Assembly (NCBI GenBank): GCA_030141605.1 | Contig: JAQGDQ010000177.1 | Coordinates: 380,221-444,220 of the forward strand | Length of the DNA: 64,000 bases | Direction of reading: 5' to 3' | Origin: Tubiluchus corallicola | Lineage: Eukaryota > Animalia > Priapulida | Shown here: positions 51,001 to 64,000 of the stretch, in pieces | How positions within the stretch are numbered: position 1 is the stretch's first letter | How the letters are laid out: each line of letters opens with the position of its first letter | The notes under the pieces: model-generated | Seen by the model: only the letters and a program-made list of their open reading frames with translations | Databases searched by the model: none | Told to the model about the DNA's origin: nothing | Position numbers and translations under genes: made by a program

Positions 51001-51914
51001 CGCAAGCTTTCAGAGTAACACGCGACGATTATCAACTTGGATTCTCGCTAAAAGTTTTACTTGCATAGACGCATTTCTGTGCTCGTTTTCAGCTTTTTTC
51101 TTTACCAGTTTTTCTTTACCAAATTCTTTTGAGGTGAATGTTTTCGCGAGGCTTTTCTTTTTAGCTCAGTTCCAGCTTGTTGATTATTACTACTTTTTTC
51201 TCTTTCTGCCGTTTCTCATTCCCAGACAAGATCAGTTCTGTCATGTACGGCCTACCTGTCTTAAAATGACTATTTTATATACAATTATTCACGGCAGTAA
51301 TTTGATTAAACGTTTGAAACTGATTGGACAGAGACTGTAAAAACTGAGTTACATTCAACTGTGGCTTCAAACTTGTTTAAAACTACCGTATTTTACTAGA
51401 TGAATTTGTGAACTACGTTCTACGTTCTATGATCTACTAATCTAAACTACTTGGAGGAAAGAATTTTAAAAATGCGAGATTGGACGTTTTCACTGTTTTC
51501 AAGAGGCTCTGCATTTGTACCAGACCGCAATTTCGCCTTGTTCGTCTGGCAGTAAGGAGCAATTTTGGCGGATCAGACATGGCTCTGTTCTGTTTGCGGT
51601 GCCTGTAATAGAGCACTTAAAAGTTTTACTGTGTTCTAAGCAGAATCGATGTTGGCGCCTTGGTGAGGATCAAATACGTTGTAAATTGGCTTAACAGCGT
51701 CAAAATTCGATTCATAAGCAATAAACTCGTTTTGAATAGACTCATACGCGGCGATTAAGTGGCACTATATGCGAGCGTGTTTTTTCTAAAGAGTTTTGAC
51801 ACATTGCATACTAGAATTCAGCACTAAACGAAAGAATTTACTGCAAACTGTTGATAGATGTGTCAGAACGTGAATTTGTTTCATTAATAAGGGCAATTCT
51901 TCAAACGGAGATGG

Positions 51915-52112
51915 TGTTTTAGCCATATTGTGACGCCGACACACCCTCACTCAAAGGGATAAATAACCAGGGAGAGTATCGCAAGTGAAACAGCATACAA
52001 GTGATTTGCTTAGCAGTCACTCATCAATTATTAACCAGGTTCGGCAGAGCTTAAATGATAAAGAAATACAGATAGCAGAAAAAATACTGACCCAGTCATT
52101 GGTAACCTGTGT
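51915..52112 (-). mobile_element. 5S rRNA-derived SINE-like element, copy 2
   Basis: The - strand contains TTAAGCTCTGCCGAACCTGGTTAATAATTGATGAGTGACTGC (5S-like). It shares an ACACAGGT start and a similar body with 16960-17168. Confidence 0.5.
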
Positions 52113-52937
52113 GCGCAACTTGCTAAGGAGTGTTTTTTGCACTAAATTACAAAAAGGCTAAACTAGTTTTAATGTTTAGAGCTGTAATGGCCTTTAATTT
52201 TTTAGTTGAAAAGTGAAATTAGTAACTGTTGCTGCTATAAGTTTGGAAATTACTACCTATGTATAGCTGTTTGATGGGCGTTGGACATAGAATACAGTTG
52301 TCTTGCGTCTGTATTGCCAGACTTTGCCTTCATTGCTCTTTAACCGACTCAGTATGTCTTCTCAAGGCCCACCATTGTACTTCATGGAAAACATACATGA
52401 ACGAAACCAGTTAGCAACCACCACATAGTCGAAACCATACTTAACTCTTGCACCAGGAACATCTAATCAATGGCACTTGCCAAAACGTGTTTCCAATTAC
52501 TCGAATGTTCTAAAATAAATTAATTCAAGTCATTGCACTCATTCGTGGAAATAAATAAACACCAGAATAATTGACATACTCAAAAGCACGCTGGGCCAGT
52601 TTGTGTTTATGTGAGAGTAAGGTGCCCCCTTCTTTATCCTTGCTCTGTCCTCCATTACCATGAAAACGTTGCCCTCTTCACTCTCATTTCTCCGAGGTAA
52701 TGCCTATTATATTTGGTAGTTATGGCTTTATTATGAAATTCTTGCATAAACAGCTCTTGTGGGGTTGCAGGTCTGCCTACACTTGTGTTCATGCGCACTG
52801 CTTTATTAATTATTTAGACGAGCATAAGTAGGCCAAAAGTCATAATATATTCCTTTCATTGACTTTGATGTTATGGTGTTTACTGTATGGTGGATTGGTG
52901 CTTAACCTTGAACTATGCTTTAAACCTATTGTCTGCT

Positions 52938-52996
52938 GGCACCACCGATGAAGAGCATAGAACTACGAAAACGTTACGTCTGCGAGGATAAAGTTT
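52938..52996 (+). ncRNA. Degenerate hammerhead-like motif (Penelope-type end)
   Basis: CACCAC-CGATGA-AGAGCATAGAACTAC-GAAA-ACGTTAC-GTC followed by ATAAAGTTTTT. Core U>C change and poor stems. Confidence 0.3.
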
Positions 52997-53205
52997 TTGC
53001 AGTAATTTAGTACTAGTAGATTTGCTTTAAGCCTGTAACGTGTAATTATAGCGAAAAGTTAAAGATTGTAAAATCTTAGAAATTCCTACGGTACGTACTT
53101 TACCATAGCGCAAAGATTTGCATTTAGCATTGCAGCACGTTTTTGTAGTGATGCAGTGATGCTTATAACCGAGCAGACTTTAATACAGTCCAGTTTCAAC
53201 TTTTG

Positions 53206-53314
53206 TAATAATTATTTCACGTAAGTCAGTTTTGAAAAATTAGTGCGTTCCCTTTCAATATTATGGTAGATTGTTTTGAGTTATGTTTTAAGATTGGGCC
53301 CTGTTTTCTTTTAA
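53206..53314 (+). mobile_element. Family B right-end copy
   Basis: Matches 13841-13953 (TAATAATTATTTCACGTAAGTCA.TTTTGAAAAA...GTTCCCTTTCAATATT...TTTAAGATTG). Ends in TTAA. Confidence 0.8.
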
Positions 53315-53930
53315 TTGATTTTGTAACCTTCCAGCGAATTTCATTTACGTTTCCTAGAGTAGAAATGTATTACAGTACGTATAAACTTCCTTAGAGCTAA
53401 ATGTTGGATCATTAATATCTGTTTAGAATCGATCTGTTAGAATCACCCTTCTAATACAGGTGTGTCTTGTGTACATCCTTTAGTAACAGCTGGTACTGTA
53501 TTCACTAATCCAAGGGTCAATTCTTTGATGGGCAGTGGTCAGTCCCGGTAAACACATTAATGTGTGTATAAGAGAGTCATGTGATCAGAGGTGGGGTAGT
53601 GTTACTTAGCTCTCTTAACCTTCTTCCTGCTAGTTAAACATTGAACGTTTACCTATACTTATAAGCAACATTGTATAAATTAAACTCTTTGTTCACTTTT
53701 TGTTTTCTTTAAAGTTTTAAAACTTGGGGAGGCTGAATTGAACAATGCTGCTATTCAAGTATGTGTGATGTCATTTATTGCCATTTATTTAGGGTGTGGT
53801 TGTATGGGACGAAGTGTGTATTTTGCAGCAGTCTTCAAATGATAGATATTAAAATGATTTTGAAGATGACTCATTTAACAAAAGGTCGTACACAATTAAC
53901 ACACGTACATGTATACATTATATAAAGTAA

Positions 53931-54042
53931 TGGCGCTTTCAGACGTAGAGATTTCTCTCGCAACTTGTTGCAACATGTGAACGGCTTGGCAACTTCTCTC
54001 AGAGAGTAACTGCGAGAAAAGTCTCTACATCTGAAGGCGCCA
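53931..54042. mobile_element. PIF/Harbinger (Tourist-like) MITE, 112 bp
   Basis: ~33-bp TIRs TGGCGCTTTCAGACGTAGAGATTTCTCTCGCA and TGCGAGAAAAGTCTCTACATCTGAAGGCGCCA. TAA TSD at 53928-53930 and 54043-54045. Confidence 0.85.
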
Positions 54043-54459
54043 TAAGGTTGAAAACAATGAAAAACGGGCTAATAACCGCTATTGTTTTTTAATATTTATA
54101 ATGTATGTGCAGATATTAATACTGATATGAAATTTTGCTATAATTTAGAAGTCGAACAGTTTCGAAATCCATTTAATTTTTATAGCAAACCAACAAAACT
54201 AAAGTATTTGCACTTTGCAGCGAATAGTGCCACAGGGCTTGACATTGCTCGTTATAAACATATCAGTTTTTGTTAGTTTATTGTAAAAATGAGTTTATTT
54301 TGGAAATGGGGTCAATATTAACAGAATTATAGGAAAATTTCATGGTTGTGATTTTGTTGATGTTGTTACATTGAGATTAGTGTGTTACTAGCTTTTTTAA
54401 AATTGATTCAAAATCCTCTGTTCTACTTTGCAATTACCAGTAGATAGTTAATTAGGCAA

Positions 54460-54728
54460 CATACAATATTGTAACCATACCTTGTCTGGATCTTGACAAA
54501 AATATGTTCAGAAAATATTGTCACCATGCTGGTACAATATAGGATATTTTTGGCCAACATTGATACAACATTGGACCAACATTGGCGTACAATATTAGAA
54601 ACGCGCGGTTTACACATAATTGATAGAAATATTGGTACAGTATTGTGACAAGTCCACATTTCCATGTGGTATCCATATTTGCAAAAATATTGTGACAACA
54701 TTTGTACATATTGTAGTGCTTCCTGGGA
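54460..54728 (-). mobile_element. EnSpm/CACTA-like transposon end with short subterminal repeats
   Basis: The - strand begins CCCAGGAAGCAC, followed by many (A)CAATATTG(T)/CAACATTG-type motifs. The other end was not found. Confidence 0.45.
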
Positions 54729-55800
54729 TAATGCGATGAAAAGGTGTATATTATTTGTACATTTTTTTATTTTCATGATTATGTAGTAATTTGTCGTCCA
54801 GTCAAAATAAATACAGAAAAACAAGCCCCGAAAATTCCAAGTTGCAACACCATAAATTATACAAGCTGAGAACTAGTGCAAAATCATTGTTTAGTGCTGG
54901 CAAAACTGACGTTGCCAGAGGTGCATTCAACTTGGAGAAGTCGCTCAGTATGTGCGTTCTACGCTTATGCCTAGGGATATTTTTAACTACCGTGGTGCAT
55001 GTAAACACCTATGCAAGCATCACAGTTGCACGAACTGCCATGCTAGTTTATATGATTCATTGTCAAAAATAGATTTGTTATGACTGTCATGCAAAAAATG
55101 TAGTAAAAAGTAAAACGTATATAGAAATCTGGAATAATAAATAGGTCTAATCGTTTTATTATTGGTTTAATTAGACACTATACATAAAATTTTATTAATT
55201 TTAGCTTATGCGCAATAGAATCCATTTGGTTTGCTCGTACGCTACATCTATTCACCATTCATTACTATAACCAGGAAATAATAAAGGGCCCAGGGCTCTG
55301 CCTTGTTGTGCACCGGTGCCTATACACACAGCTGACAGTATCACAGAGCTCTTTAGCAGGGCTGCGGCACGTGTTGGCTCTGCTTTAACACAATAGGCTA
55401 GCTGACTGTAAATCACGGCTACAGTCAGAATAGCGTGGGTTATTATTAAACGATGGACAAAGAAACTCGGAAACATGGAAATAAATTAATGCGTGTGCAT
55501 GCATAATGATGATTTACAGGCAGATTCAGGAAGCAACGGCGCAGCTGTAACAAGAAAGGATTAGTGTAGGTCGGCCATACATGTACTACATGCATACTTG
55601 GACAAATATACCGCAGTTCAAACGTAGTACATAATTTTGAAACAAAGTTGGACAACTACGCCTGTATATTTTACGTTGCGAGTTAGAAGCACGAACTTTT
55701 GTTTGGTCTGGAGCATTTGTTTGCTTTATCTTTTACTGCTCATTTTTAGTGCCAAAGTTTTTGGAGGAATTGACAATGCAAAATGTCTCTGGGCTTATCA

Positions 55801-56103
55801 TTAAAACACAAGAAAATACTTTTCGTAAATAAATCTTAGAAATTTCGTCTTGAAATTTTTTATCACTTACATGCTATCTTATTGCATACAAGGCTTATGT
55901 TAGCAGCAACGCAGCGAAACTTGTAACTGAAACTCCAGATATGACCGTTATGCGCAGCTATTTTATCGGAAAGGCGTTTAAAACAAGTTTAGACAACATT
56001 GGGTAGTCTGAAAAAATAATTACAGTAGCACATTTTTCGTTAACTAAAGAAAAGTTAAATTACTTTATATTACCAATAAGGTCAGCAGTGTGTTTTGGCG
56101 AAA
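55801..56103 (-). mobile_element. Family C copy (inverted)
   Basis: The reverse complement aligns with 14400-14706 over ~300 bp and ends at TTAA 55801-55804. Confidence 0.8.
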
Positions 56104-56779
56104 TTAAAATTCTCCTTTCTCCTTAACTTGAAGCCCTAATTTTGGCAGCCTTTCTTGGCGATTATGCAAAAACGGTTCCGATTCCGTATCCTGCTTACAC
56201 GGTTAGTTAAGTAATTTGTTCTATAGAAGTTGCAGACATGATATTCCACCTCATTATGTCATTTTAGAAGCATAAAATAATGGCTACACGATGGCTAGCT
56301 CTGCCAGGATTTTGGAGTTTTTGAAAACTTAGCTCGGCCAAGCCATTAATATCATTAAAGACAACGACACGTGTACGCCCCTCGTTATTGTCAATTTATG
56401 GAGCCTTGTACTTTGCTAGCTCTTTGTGTTCTTGTTAAAGAGTTAAAACGCAGACATCAGCAAAAACCTGGAAGACATCAGTAACAAAGTGTTATACCTG
56501 CACTGTAGAAGAGTAGACGGCACACCCAGACAGGCCTGGCGTGACACCCAAATAAATTACTATTAAAATGCCCCTGGAAAAACATAAAGGTGTTTCGATT
56601 TCCTGTTAGCAAAATGTAGATAGTATATAGCTAAGATATTTAACAACCTTGAACCAACCCACAACAAAGCTGCTACTTTGATATAACCAATATCAGGAGA
56701 ACCTCACGGTGTCTCCTACACAGTGAGAGATTGTCGGTGAGGGCGGGCAGTACGGGTAACCTTCACATATATCGTAGAA

Positions 56780-56960
56780 TTACCGGCAGTTTCAATAAAC
56801 GTGTTGTCTAATACATCGTAAAAGCATAAATTGATGTTCCCCGGGTGGTAATTTAGGTGAGAGCTCGTCGTTAAACAACAGAGGTCAAACAGACAGACCT
56901 TGAGGCCATCCCCCAACATTGCCATAAACAACCATACGATCACCTCGCAAATCTGTGCCT
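56780..56960 (-). pseudogene. Possible ancient LINE reverse-transcriptase remnant
   Basis: One - frame gives GGWPQGLSV*PLLFN, similar to the RT motif GVPQGSVLGPLLFN. A degraded NINL..YD segment lies downstream where YADD would be. Confidence 0.3.
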
Positions 56961-57369
56961 CAGCAAAAGGTGTCTCTGAGAACTTATGCTGGAAGATTTT
57001 ATCGTCTAGGTGTGTGGGTGTGTGTTTCTTTGAGTGGTTCCGTGGAGGGAGTGTCACTTATGCAAATACAGGTGGCTTTGCTAGGAATTTAACGAACAAT
57101 GTTTTAATTGTTATTATCATTATAATTATCATTTTAAATACAACTACAGACAGGCCGCTATGACTTTCTTCATACAATTTCTTGAGTGTCAGAAGGTTTT
57201 TTCTTCCCATTTCTTCATTGAATACAAGAAAATCGTATAGTCCTGTTCAGTGTTTACATTTGATGATTAAAACGTTGTTCCAGTGAATTCTTAGAAGTGT
57301 TTTAGATCGGTTGTAAAGAAAGTGCTCAGCAACCAATTAGCCCAACTACGAGATGGAGCGGTGACCGGT

Positions 57370-57495
57370 AACGAAGTCACAGGAAAAAAGTCACGGAACA
57401 ATTTTGGCTAGGAAAAAGGGTTTGGGTTAAGGTTAATTTTTTCCTGTACTTTCTTTCTGTGACTGTTTTACTTGCGACGTAAAAACCTGTGTCAC
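57370..57495. mobile_element. Possible Helentron/HINE-like non-autonomous element
   Basis: GTCACAGGAAAAAAGTCAC faces the inverted TTTCCTGTACTTTCTTTCTGTGAC across a GGGTTTGGGTTAAGGTTA core. Confidence 0.35.
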
Positions 57496-57994
57496 TTCAC
57501 CTGGATTTGAAGGAGCAACCCAATTTCTGATCCACCGATAAACTAATTAACCAACTGACTAAGCAACTAACTCTCTGATGTGCATAGAAAAATGTTTCTT
57601 CTCACCCAGCAAAAACCTGAATAACTGTTTATTACAGATATTTATTTTATTATTTTATTTACTTTTATTTTTCCATTTTAACTGCTGAACACGATTATAA
57701 TGCCGACAAAAATAGTTGTTCAGACCTTTAAGTAAGTGTGAGATTTGTTCCTTTTTAACTAACCTACTTGTAGTTTTTAACTTAATTGTATGGTCTATGG
57801 TATAATAGCCGCTGGCTAATGTTTTATTGTGGCAAACATCCACTATAAACCATCTCCAAATCAATCAATCACAAACTAATTAATTATCCACTAGCTAGCA
57901 GGCTGACTGATTAGCAAACATGTAAAAAGTCAGACAAGTAATAATAACAAACGTGATGATAATAATAAGTTTACAGATGAATACGGTACAATAT

Positions 57995-58146
57995 AGTGCA
58001 GTACAGTACAGTTCAGTATAGTAGTGTACAGTGCAGTGCAGTGCACTGGGGTGCGGTGCAGTACGACACCATACGATACGATACAAATCAATGCGATACG
58101 ATACGATACAGTACAGTACAGTACAATGCAATACAATGCAATACAA
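57995..58146. repeat. Compound pentanucleotide repeat (CAGTA/CAGTG/CGATA/CAATR)
   Basis: Visible directly. Confidence 0.9.
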
Positions 58147-58871
58147 CTAAACGTTTTGTTTAGCTTCATCACGTTTTACACAGAAACGATACATCTAAGA
58201 AAAAGAAAAGTATAAGATCATAAATAAGTAACCCGAGTACTAGAGTACAACAATGCATACAAGTATGTATACAGTACATTCTTAATTAAAGAAAACATTT
58301 TCATTACTTCCATTTTGCGTTAATAGGAAGAGTCTGGCACAATTTTCTCTGTTTTGCTGCCCTAAGCAATAGCACATGGCCTGTCGTTACCCCTTCCTGC
58401 GTCTACAGTGTTGTTTAAACTGGCAAATCAGCAGGAATAGCTGCTCTTGTGTATCTTTAACCCATTTCTAACGCACATCAGCTTCAATTGATTAGCCATC
58501 GAGGGGTAACTCATTTTGTCTCAATTGCAGGCCGGGTGCCTCTTGTGAAAATCGAATCCAAATGTCAAAGACTAACACTAATGATGTGGTTATACAATTT
58601 CAATAGAAGTTCTTGTGAGTTTATTCAAAGCAAGAATCTAAAACTACATGTAGTCTACTGTTATGTGAGCTGTGAGAGAGTACCTTCGTGGTCTCCCATA
58701 GTTCTACCTTCACTTTTACTGTCCGGCCCTTGCATTCATTTTCTCTCTCTTTTTTCCATTCTCCGTCTGGTCACCTCTCTCTTTCTCTCGCTCTCTATCT
58801 ATCTCTCCTTCCCTCCTCGTCATCTTTCTCGGTTTTCGCACATTCTCTTGCTCTTTCTCTCTGTCAGTCTC

Positions 58872-58905
<34 letters not shown>

Positions 58906-59036
58906 CGCGTGCGCGTGTGCGTGCGTGCGTGCGTGTGTGTGTGTGTGCGCGCGCGTGCGCGTGTGCGTGCGCGTGTGCGTGCGTGCGTGCGTGCGTGTGT
59001 GTGTGTGCGTGCGCGCGTGTGTGTGTGTGTGTGTGT
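58872..59036. repeat. Alternating (GT/GC)n purine-pyrimidine tract between CT-rich tracts
   Basis: Visible directly. Confidence 0.95.
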
Positions 59037-61472
59037 CCCTGTCTCTCTCTCTCTCCATTACTCTTTCCCTCTCTCCCTCACTCTGCTCCTCTTCCTCACC
59101 CTTTCTCTTTTTCTCTCTCTCTCTCCATCGTTTTCTCCCACTCCCAATCTCTCGTCCTTTCCTTCATTCTCTAACACGTAGACCCGGTATGACATTGCTC
59201 TAATTGCTTCCTGTAATTAACCCTTTCCATTCTGTGGCTTCTACCACAAATCTTTGCCACAAAGTACATTCTTACTGACAGTCTCATATACGTGCACTAC
59301 GTGTCAGATTTACGACCAACGACTCGTGGAGAGTGCACACTAGTTCACTGGCATGGTTTGGGACAACACAAATGTTTAAATCTCAGAATTTCAAGCTCTA
59401 TATGCAGGCTAAGTGGATGACCCGGATGTATCATTAGCTGATTCTCTCTCTCGTTAGTTCTGCATTCTCCTCACCACTGTCAATAAATGTCACTCTCGAC
59501 TTGTGTAAATTGACCAATTTCCTTTTACAGTCACGAGCCCGTGAACAGATCGTTGCTGTGCGTCTCTCCCAAAGATCATCTTGCGTAATTGGATGTTTAG
59601 ATTGTTAGTCATTGAGTAAACGGGAAGGGGGTGGAGATATGAATGACCTTGCGTCACACTTGGCTTCAAAAACCGAAATATTTTTTATGAGTATAATACT
59701 TTGTAAAGAAGATAAAATGCCAATTAAGTCTCAAAGTGTAACTATGCAATGACATTAAAATAAGTGATACAAAATTCATTAAGAAGCTTTATTAAAACTA
59801 AACTTGAAGAAACATTTCTATTACTAATTAAGAAAAAACAAAATCAAAATGAAACTGACAAACATACCTGAAATATACTTGCATGGCTTAAATCTTGAAA
59901 GACAACCAGGACTGACCTAATTGCTTTATAAGCATTTAGTCTTTATTTTTATGAGGTGTCTTTCCTGTTTTTTGAAGCCTAGTTCTGTCAGATGTTTGTC
60001 AAGTCAAAATTTTTGTTTAGCTTTCCCACAATTACTGTTTGTTATCAAGAGATCATGATCAGCTTCACGAGATAAAACTCAGCTATAACTTACTACTCTT
60101 CTACTCATTATCACGATGACAAAAATATGCAGTAGAAGTGTGTATTATTACTGCATTACCATGGCAGTCTAAAAAGAAAAATACATTTTCTCAGTTTTAT
60201 TTACCTAACAAAATTCATTGTCCCAGTAATCATTTTATTTCATTGCGAGATAACCGCGAAGTAAGCTCGCTGTTTGCCCATTAATTTTTAATCATGTACA
60301 AGACGCGTTGAAACACTATTAGGAGGTGATTAAACACGGACAAAATACACGTCTCTCATATATTAAACTAAACACACCGTGTCTAGGTCTGTGTCGATTT
60401 GGTGATCCGAGCAAAAGCATGCCAAAAATTGACCCGGTACCGTCTCTGAAATCAACCCTCTAACCAGCTAAAATGGAGCAATTTTGATAATGTATATGGC
60501 GACTAATATTCCTCGTAAAAAATTATCCAATGTAGGTCTAAGTTGTAGCAAAATTACTGTACATTTAAGTTGATTGATAGTGAGTCCATACTGAAGAATT
60601 GTCTCACATTTACTTCATCCCCGAAATAAACTAAAAAACTAGTTCGAATCGAATTAGAACATTCGAATTAGAGTCGACCGTTCAATGCTACAGTTTTGGG
60701 AACAGTTCAGTATATATATTTTCTTAATAACTATAACGAAAGTAAATGTATAAATAGGTATGTTAAAGTTTCAAAATGACTTTGAAAGTGATTGAAGATA
60801 ATGCTGCAGAATCTTGGTTAGAAATATGCTTGGTTAGTTGGCTGCTTGGTTTGAGTAGTGGTCTCACAAGTTATTGCCAATCTTTTTCTGTTTTCTGTTC
60901 CGCTAAGTCAATAGCTGCCCGGTTTTGTTCATAATTTCTAATTTACTGTTGCTTTCCTGCGTTTATATGATTATTAGAAATAGTGTTTGTTGTTGTTCGT
61001 GGCCGTTCCTGTCTGCTGTTGATGACTAAATGGAAACCTTCGCTTGCAAGCAACTTGATTCGTAGATCTATGGTTTGATTTGTAAATCTGTGGTGTTCCT
61101 GTCAGCTATGCGGACGCGAGGGTAAACACCTGTCTGCGTCTTGTCAGTCACTTTTGTCCAGTCTTAAAATATTGGTCAAAGGTACTTCCGTGTTGTAAAA
61201 AAACTAGCTTTGGCGAGAAGGCTTGCGTTGAATTTTGCCAAAAATTACTGTTTATACGTAGTTATTTTATAGATATTTAAAAAACGCGTCATTGACTAAG
61301 TTTTAAATGGAGTTTTGTATTCAGCTGTTTAGATAGGTAGCTTTAATAAAACAACGTTTGAAGATAAACTGCATCTATGGTTTGACAACATTTGGAATCA
61401 TTTTTAATTGGTCATGTTAAATACGTTTTTGCTAACTGCACTACTGTATCTCTTGCAACCTTAAGCCAATTT

Positions 61473-61610
61473 ACCGGGTGGCCTAGCTCAATTCTAGTGT
61501 ACTTTCTTCCCATCTGGGAGGTCGCGAGTTCAACTTCTGACCGAGTCATACCAAAGATTTAAACAATAGTACCGCTGGTTCCTCGACCAACACGCGGGTT
61601 TATCGAAGCA
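61473..61610 (+). mobile_element. tRNA-derived SINE remnant with a MetaSINE-like central domain
   Basis: A-box-like GTGGCCTAGCTCAA and B-box-like GAGGTCGCGAGTTCAACT, then GAGTCATACCAAAGATTTAAACAATAGTACC...TTCCTCG, which resembles the Meta domain as I recall it. Confidence 0.55.
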
Positions 61611-63389
61611 ACATAATCGAAGGCAATAATAATCGCCATGATCAATCATGTTGGAAATAAGTATTGAGATTCTTAAGGTGTTACCCTAGACTATATGTCC
61701 TAAACGAAAATATTATTATTATTATTAATATTATTATCATTATCATCATCATCGTAGTCGTTGTCGTCATTATCATCATTATCATCGGCATTCATTTACT
61801 GTTTTCCAAAGTCTTTTCAAATACGAGCTATTTATTAAAAATTGAAAAGTCGGACTTTATCCAGAAAGATTAATTAGATTATAATAAATTTGTAAATCTA
61901 TCATTAATTTGTAAATTTGTACTTGAGCTTTAAGTGGATGGGTCAATATTTCTTGCCACATCCGTAACGTTCTCGATTATTTGATCTTGCTTTGATTTCT
62001 TTACAAACGCACTACGTTCGTGCCTATCGTCTGACATTACAAACCACTTGAAATGGTTTTGTGTTAATATTTAACCCGCCTAGAGAGCTAACCTTTGTAA
62101 GATCATAAATATTTTACTGTTTCAAGTTTTGCCTGGCGACATTACAAGATTGTAGCTAGCGTAACAACCGCCATTAAGTTTTAATAACCGCAAAATTTGA
62201 TTTTACGAAGATCTAAGTTTTATTTCTCTTTCTATTCTCATTGGAATAACTATTATTCTTATTTTAATGAAAACAGAGAGAAATAATTCCTAGAACATTT
62301 ATTATTATTTATACTTCTTCACTATTTATGTTGGATTTTACTTAAAGGAAAGCAACACTCAATTTTAGACCATCACCTGGACAAGTGAAAACTAGTACAC
62401 GTGGTAATAATGTTAATGTTGGTGTAAAAACCTACTTTAGATAAAGCTTGTATGTAAATATTCAGATCACGGTTTAAAATAATCTGTGCTGTCAAATATT
62501 AGAAGCGAAGGTATTGGTTATATGACTTACAACTTTACTGCTTCCGCCCCAGCCTTCCCCAGGTTTAACTACCGGCTCGTTTCTGTTTCCAGTCTTTAAT
62601 AGATGATACGACAACCTAATTTTAAATTATCTAAACTTCACACATTTCAGTAAGTTGGATATAGCTGCCTCAGTCTCCCACCTCAAATCAAGGGATCCCT
62701 TTTCGTTTCATCCTTCACGTTATTTTATATTGATCAAATAGGAGCCTGGATGTTTGTCTCTCCGCCTCAACCCTTCATAGTCAGCCCAACTTTTTCCCCT
62801 CCAATGCAGCTTTGTTGTTACTTTCTCTGTGTGCTTAGTGGTTTTCTGGTATCATAATTATGGCCGTCGAACCGCCGGGCGTGCAAATAACTGACACAGA
62901 GCGATGATCCTGTCCTTTTCACTGGGATTATAATAATAGGAGAGGAAAACTGAGAGGTCGAGAGATCAATAACAATCTGAATGTCTAGCTATTGTGTGGA
63001 GAAAGAATAAACGGGTGAAATATATCTCACCTGTACACCTGCGTTGAGAGTGTTTGCTTCTAGCTAACGTTTTGTAATTTAAATAATACAGATAGTGAGT
63101 GCAGTGGTTGTTAGAGTTTTCGTGTATAACATGTGAGATAAAGAATGGCTAAGATTATTTTGAGCGTAATGTATGGTGAAAAAAGTCTGAAAAACACTAA
63201 ATTAATACGCATATTGGAGCGCTTGCTAATTGTTAGTGGGGTTGGGGTACAAAATGTGGGTAAGGGATCGGCTAAGTTTTGTTTCACGTAGTGCAAAGTA
63301 AAATAAGGTTAAAAACAATGGCATTTAACATTAATATTTGTGAAGGTACTGTAGTCAGATCAGATTACTTGGATCAAAACAGGAGAAAA

Positions 63390-63398
63390 ATAATAATA

Positions 63399-63473
<75 letters not shown>

Positions 63474-63513
63474 TGATGATGATGATGATGTTGTTGTTGT
63501 TGTTGTTGTTGTT

Positions 63514-63555
<42 letters not shown>

Positions 63556-63565
63556 TGTTGTTGGT
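63390..63565. repeat. (AAT)-(GAT)n-(GTT)n compound microsatellite
   Basis: Visible directly. Confidence 0.95.
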
Positions 63566-64000
63566 GTTTGTGTTTATAGCAGAAGTGGAAATGTTAGGCT
63601 TATAGACGGTTACTCTTCTAAAATTACCACTCAAAACTGTCTTTGGGGATTAGGTTTCCTGAGAAACTGAAACAGTTCAGTTTTTTGCAGAATACGATAC
63701 ATCAGAGAACACAAAAAATAATCACAAGTGTCATACTTCTTTCTCTCATTCTGTTAGTTACAAAAGGATCTAAACAGTCAACGAGAGAATATTAGTTTCT
63801 CTTTTCCGCATACTGTAACACACTCTAGGAGGAAAAAGTTTTCAGACACCAAAGTTCGATAGACGATAGTTCGATAGTTTCAGAGTTCGACACAGGTTTC
63901 TCTTGTATGGAAGCAGCAACAACAAAAAAGCAGCTACAGTAACAGCACACAGCTTGGAGTATCAGTGTTATCATCACATCATCATCATCATCATCATCAT

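Noticed and set aside
54423-55072. ORFs of 133 aa and 93 aa
   Set aside because: The first overlaps a short-repeat transposon end; neither has recognisable motifs or exon signals.

Overview
AT-rich, microsatellite-dense animal (probably invertebrate bilaterian) genomic DNA. Only one protein-coding gene is well supported: an aminergic class-A GPCR with an uninterrupted coding region, most like the serotonin 5-HT1/5-HT5 group (41469-43115, +). It has a splice acceptor just upstream, an overlapping uORF and downstream poly(A) signals. The rest is non-coding and rich in mobile-element debris: a 5'-truncated, dead RTE LINE with a 7-bp TSD, three RTE-type 3' fragments, a CR1/L2-type 3' fragment, hAT and Harbinger MITEs with TSDs, TTAA-bounded (Kolobok-like) elements, and 5S- and tRNA-derived SINE remnants. 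The most notable observations are: a ~200-nt element on the - strand (35194-35400) that starts with a twister self-cleaving ribozyme motif followed by two perfect hairpins; degenerate minimal hammerheads; a 115-bp-arm inverted duplication upstream of the receptor; and CTCF-like motifs, including a tandem array, arranged convergently around the locus. All family assignments come from by-eye motif recognition; no database search was run.
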